The translations under genes and the position numbers were made by a program. The notes below the pieces were generated by a model, which was not told the DNA's origin, made no database searches, and saw only the letters and a program-made list of their open reading frames with translations. Of a stretch of 64,000 nt of DNA, positions 60,701-64,000 are shown piece after piece; within the stretch, counting starts at the first letter, position 1; every line of letters starts with the position of its first letter. This DNA is from Eledone cirrhosa (Eukaryota): the NCBI GenBank assembly GCA_964016885.1, contig OZ024742.1, positions 373,116,001-373,180,000 on the forward strand, read 5' to 3'.

Positions 60701-63700
60701 ATATACACTGTAAATCTCATTCTACATAAACTGTAAATCTCTTTCTATATAAACTGTAAATCTCATTCTATATAAACTGTGAATCTCATTCTATATAAAC
60801 TGTAAATCTCATTCTAAATATACTGTAAATCTCTTTCTAAATAAACTGTAAATATCATTCTATATAAACTGTAAATCTCATGCTATAAACTGTAAATCTC
60901 ATTCTATATAAACTGTAAATCTCTTTCTATATAAACTCTGAATCTGATTCTATATAAACTGTAAATCTCATTCTCTATAAACTGTGAATCTCATTCTATA
61001 TAAACTGTATATCTCATTCTATATGAACTGTAAATCTCATTCTATAAGCTGTCAATCTCTTTCTATATAAACTGTAAATCTCATTCTACATAAACTGTAA
61101 ATCTCTTTCTATATAAACTGTAAATCTCATTCTATATAAACTGTAAGTCTCATTCTATAAACTGTATATCTCATTCTATATAAACTGTAAATCTCATTCG
61201 ATAAACTGTAAATCTCATTCTATATAAACTGGAAATCTCTTTCTATAAACTGTAAATCTCTTTCTATATAAACTGTAAATCTCATTCTACACAAACTGTA
61301 AATCTCTTTCTATATAAACTGTAAATTTCATTCTATATAAACTGTAAATCTCATTCTATATAAACTGTAAATCTCATTCTATATAAACTGTAAATCTCTT
61401 TCTAAATAAACTGTAAATCGCATACTATATAAGCTGTAAATCTCATTCTATATAAACTGTAAATCTCATTCTATATAAATTGTAAATCTCTTTCTATATA
61501 AACTGTAAAACTCATTCTATATAAACTGTAAATCTCATTCTATAAACTGTAAATCTCTTTCTATATAAACTGTAAATCTCATTCTATATAAACTGTAAAT
61601 CTCATTCTATATAAACTGTAAATCTCATTCTATATAAACTGTAAATCTCATTCTATAAACTGTAAATATCTTTCTATATAAACTGTAAATCTCATTCTAT
61701 ATAAACTGTAAATCCCATTCTATAAACTGTAAATCTCTTTCTATATAACCTGTAAATCTCTTTCTATATAAACTGTAAATCTCATGCTATAAACTGTAAA
61801 TCTCATTCTGTATAAACTGTAAATCTCTTTCTATATAAACTGTAAATCTGATTCTATATAAACTTTAAATCTCATTCTATATAAACTGTGAATCTCATTC
61901 TATATAAACTGTATATCTGATTCTATATAAACTGTAAATCTCATTCGATAAACTGTAAATCTCTTTTTATATAAACTGTAAATCTCATTCTGTATAAACT
62001 GGAAATCTCTTTCTATAAACTGTAAATCTCATTCTATAAACTGTAAATCTCTTTCTATATAAACTGTAAATCTCATTCTATATAAACTGTAAATCTCATT
62101 CTATAAACTGTAAATCTCTTTCTATATAAACTGTAAATCTCATTCTACATAAACTGTAAATCTCTTTCTATATAAACTGTAAATCTCATTCTATATAAAC
62201 TGTAAATCTCATTCTATATAAACTGTAAATCTCATTCTAAATATACTGTAAATCTCTTTCTAAATAAACTGTAAATATCATTCTATATAAACTGTAAATC
62301 TCATTCTATATAAACAGTAAATCTCATTCTATATAAACTGTAAATCTCTTTCTATATAAACTGCAAATCTCATTCTATATAAACTGTAAATCCCATTCTA
62401 TAAACTGTAAATCTCTTTCTATATAACCTGTAAATCTCTTTCTATATAAACTGTAAATCTCATGCTATAAACTGTAAATCTCATTCTATATAAACTGTAA
62501 ATCTCTTTCTATATAAACTCTGAATCTGATTCTATATAAACTGTAAATCTCATTCTCTATAAACTGTGAATCTCATTCTATATAAACTGTATATCTCATT
62601 CTATATGAACTGTAAATCTCATTCGATAAACTGTAAATCTGTTTTTATACAAACTGTAAATCTCATTCTATATAAACTGTAAATCTCTTTCTATATAAAC
62701 TGTAAATCTCATTCTATAAACTGTAAATCTCTTTCTATATAAACTGTAAATCTCATTCTATATAAACTGTAAATCTCATTCTATAAACTGTAAATCTCTT
62801 TCTATATAAACTGTAAATCTCATTCTACATAAACTGTAAATCTCTTTCTATATAAACTGTAAATCTCATTCTATATAAACTGTAAATCTCATTCTATATA
62901 AACTGTAAATCTCATTCTATATAAACTGTAAATATCTTTCTAAATAAACTGTAAATCTCATTCTATATAGACTGTGAATCTCATTCTATATAAACTGTAA
63001 ATCTCACTCTATATAAACTGTAAATCTCATTCGATAAACTGTAAATCTCTTTTTATATAAACTGTAAATCTCATTCTATATGAACTGGAAATCTCTTTCT
63101 ATAAACTGTAAATCTCATTCTATAAACTGTAAATTTATTTCTATATAAACTGTAAATCTCATTCTATATAAACTGTAAACCTCATTCTATAAACTGTAAA
63201 TCTCTTTCTATATAAACTGTAAATCTCTTTCTATATAAACTGTAAATCTCATTCTATATAAACTGTAAATCTCATTCTATATAAACTGTAAATGTCATTC
63301 TATATAAAATGTAAATCCCATTCTATAAACTGTAAATCTCTTTCTATATAACCTGTAAATCTCTTTCTATATAAACTGTAAATCTCATGCTATAAACTGT
63401 AAATCTCATTCTATATAAACTGTAAATCTCTTTCTATATAAACTGTAAATCTCATTCTATATAAACTGTAAATCTCATTCTATATAAACTGTGAATCTCA
63501 TTCTATATAAACTGTATATCTCATTCTATATAAACTGTAAATCCCATTCTATAAACTGTAAATCTCTTTCTATATAACCTGTAAATCTCATTCTATATAA
63601 ACTGTAAATCTCATTCTATAAACTGTAAATCTCTTTCTATATACACTGTTAATCTCATTCTACATAAACTGTCAATCTCATTCTATATAAACTGTAAATC

Positions 63701-64000
63701 TAATTCTATATAAACTGTAAATCTCATTCTCTATAAACTGTAAATCTCTTTCTATATAAACTGTAAATATCATTCTATATAAACTGTAAATCCCATTCTA
63801 TAAACTGTAAATCTCTTTCTATATAACCTGTAAATCTCTTTCTATACAAACTGTAAATCTCATGCTATAAACTGTAAATCTCATTCTATATAAACTGTAA
63901 ATCTCTTTCTATATAAACTCTGAATCTGATTCTATATAAACTGTAAATCTCATTCTCTATAAACTGTGCATCTCATTCTATATAAACTGTATATCTCATT
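51730..64000. repeat. 6843 bp tandem duplication (copy 1 about 51730-58572; copy 2 from about 58573, truncated by the window end, with a 44 bp deletion near 63540)
   Basis: Offset 6843: AACAGT 51924/58767 and 55473/62316, AAGCTGTCAA 54205/61048, ATCGCATAC 54577/61420, AATGTCATT 56451/63294. The offset becomes 6799 at GTGCATC 57170/63969. Confidence 0.92.

Larger units (their letters stand above)
1..64000. repeat. AT-rich tandem satellite array, 23/21 bp monomer AAACTGTAAATCTC(A/T)TTCTAT(AT), about 2,800-2,900 copies, running off both window ends
   Basis: Every line consists of this monomer with scattered substitutions. The only within-monomer length variation seen is +/- one AT dinucleotide. 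Orientation is the same throughout. The 23-mer consensus composition is A9 T9 C4 G1. Confidence 0.99.

Noticed and set aside
1-64000. CRISPR array (23 bp repeat length is in range)
   Set aside because: Repeats abut directly with no unique spacers, leader or cas genes.
1-64000. Repetitive protein-coding ORF (one frame of the 21-mer reads NCKSHSI)
   Set aside because: The predominant 23-mers shift frame and introduce TAA in every + frame within one or two monomers. The - strand hits TAG or TGA within about three monomers. No long ORF is possible under the standard code.
1-64000. Telomerase-made long telomeric repeat (as in 23 bp Candida-type repeats)
   Set aside because: There are no G-runs on either strand, and variants are inherited in multi-kb duplicated blocks, which points to recombination or replication rather than templated addition.
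1-64000. Plasmodium falciparum rep20 or another named 21-23 bp satellite
   Set aside because: The length is similar but I do not recognise sequence identity, and no family assignment is supportable without a database search.
1-64000. Functional promoters at TATATAAA or poly(A) signals at AATAAA (CTAAATAAAC variant)
   Set aside because: These are by-products of the repeat unit, with no associated gene or other promoter context.
1-64000. Plasmid or phage iteron origin (about 22 bp iterons)
   Set aside because: Iteron arrays have a handful of copies next to a rep gene. Here there are thousands of copies and no gene.
1-64000. Embedded transposon, inversion or unique island
   Set aside because: None was seen on reading through. 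No reverse-complement monomer (ATTTACAGTTT) was noticed on the + strand. A very short insert could have been missed by eye.
1-64000. Whole array as a sequencing or rolling-circle amplification artefact
   Set aside because: Hierarchical, position-specific shared variants and several different duplication periods are inconsistent with a single-template concatemer or random error, though individual block copy numbers still need read support.

Overview
The whole 64 kb window is one uninterrupted, head-to-tail, single-orientation AT-rich tandem satellite array (consensus about 22% GC). The main monomer is 23 bp, AAACTGTAAATCTC(A/T)TTCTATAT, interspersed with a 21 bp form lacking one AT, giving roughly 2,800-2,900 monomers. 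I found no gene, RNA gene, transposon, CRISPR array, inversion or unique insert, and I cannot assign a species or a named satellite family. The information lies in how variant monomers are arranged, at three levels. (1) A non-random short-range order of 21/23 bp and A/T monomer types. (2) Recurring 0.15-0.35 kb cassettes of diagnostic variant monomers. (3) Nested multi-kb tandem duplications with hand-measured offsets of 1959, 3874/5833, 2758, 5801/6230, 6029, 5575, 2143/1829, about 3.6 kb and 6843/6799 bp. Left (1-41.5 kb) and right (after about 42 kb) domains carry different variant sets. The sequence does not support a novel gene-based system. Offsets were counted by eye from rare variants, and block boundaries are approximate.
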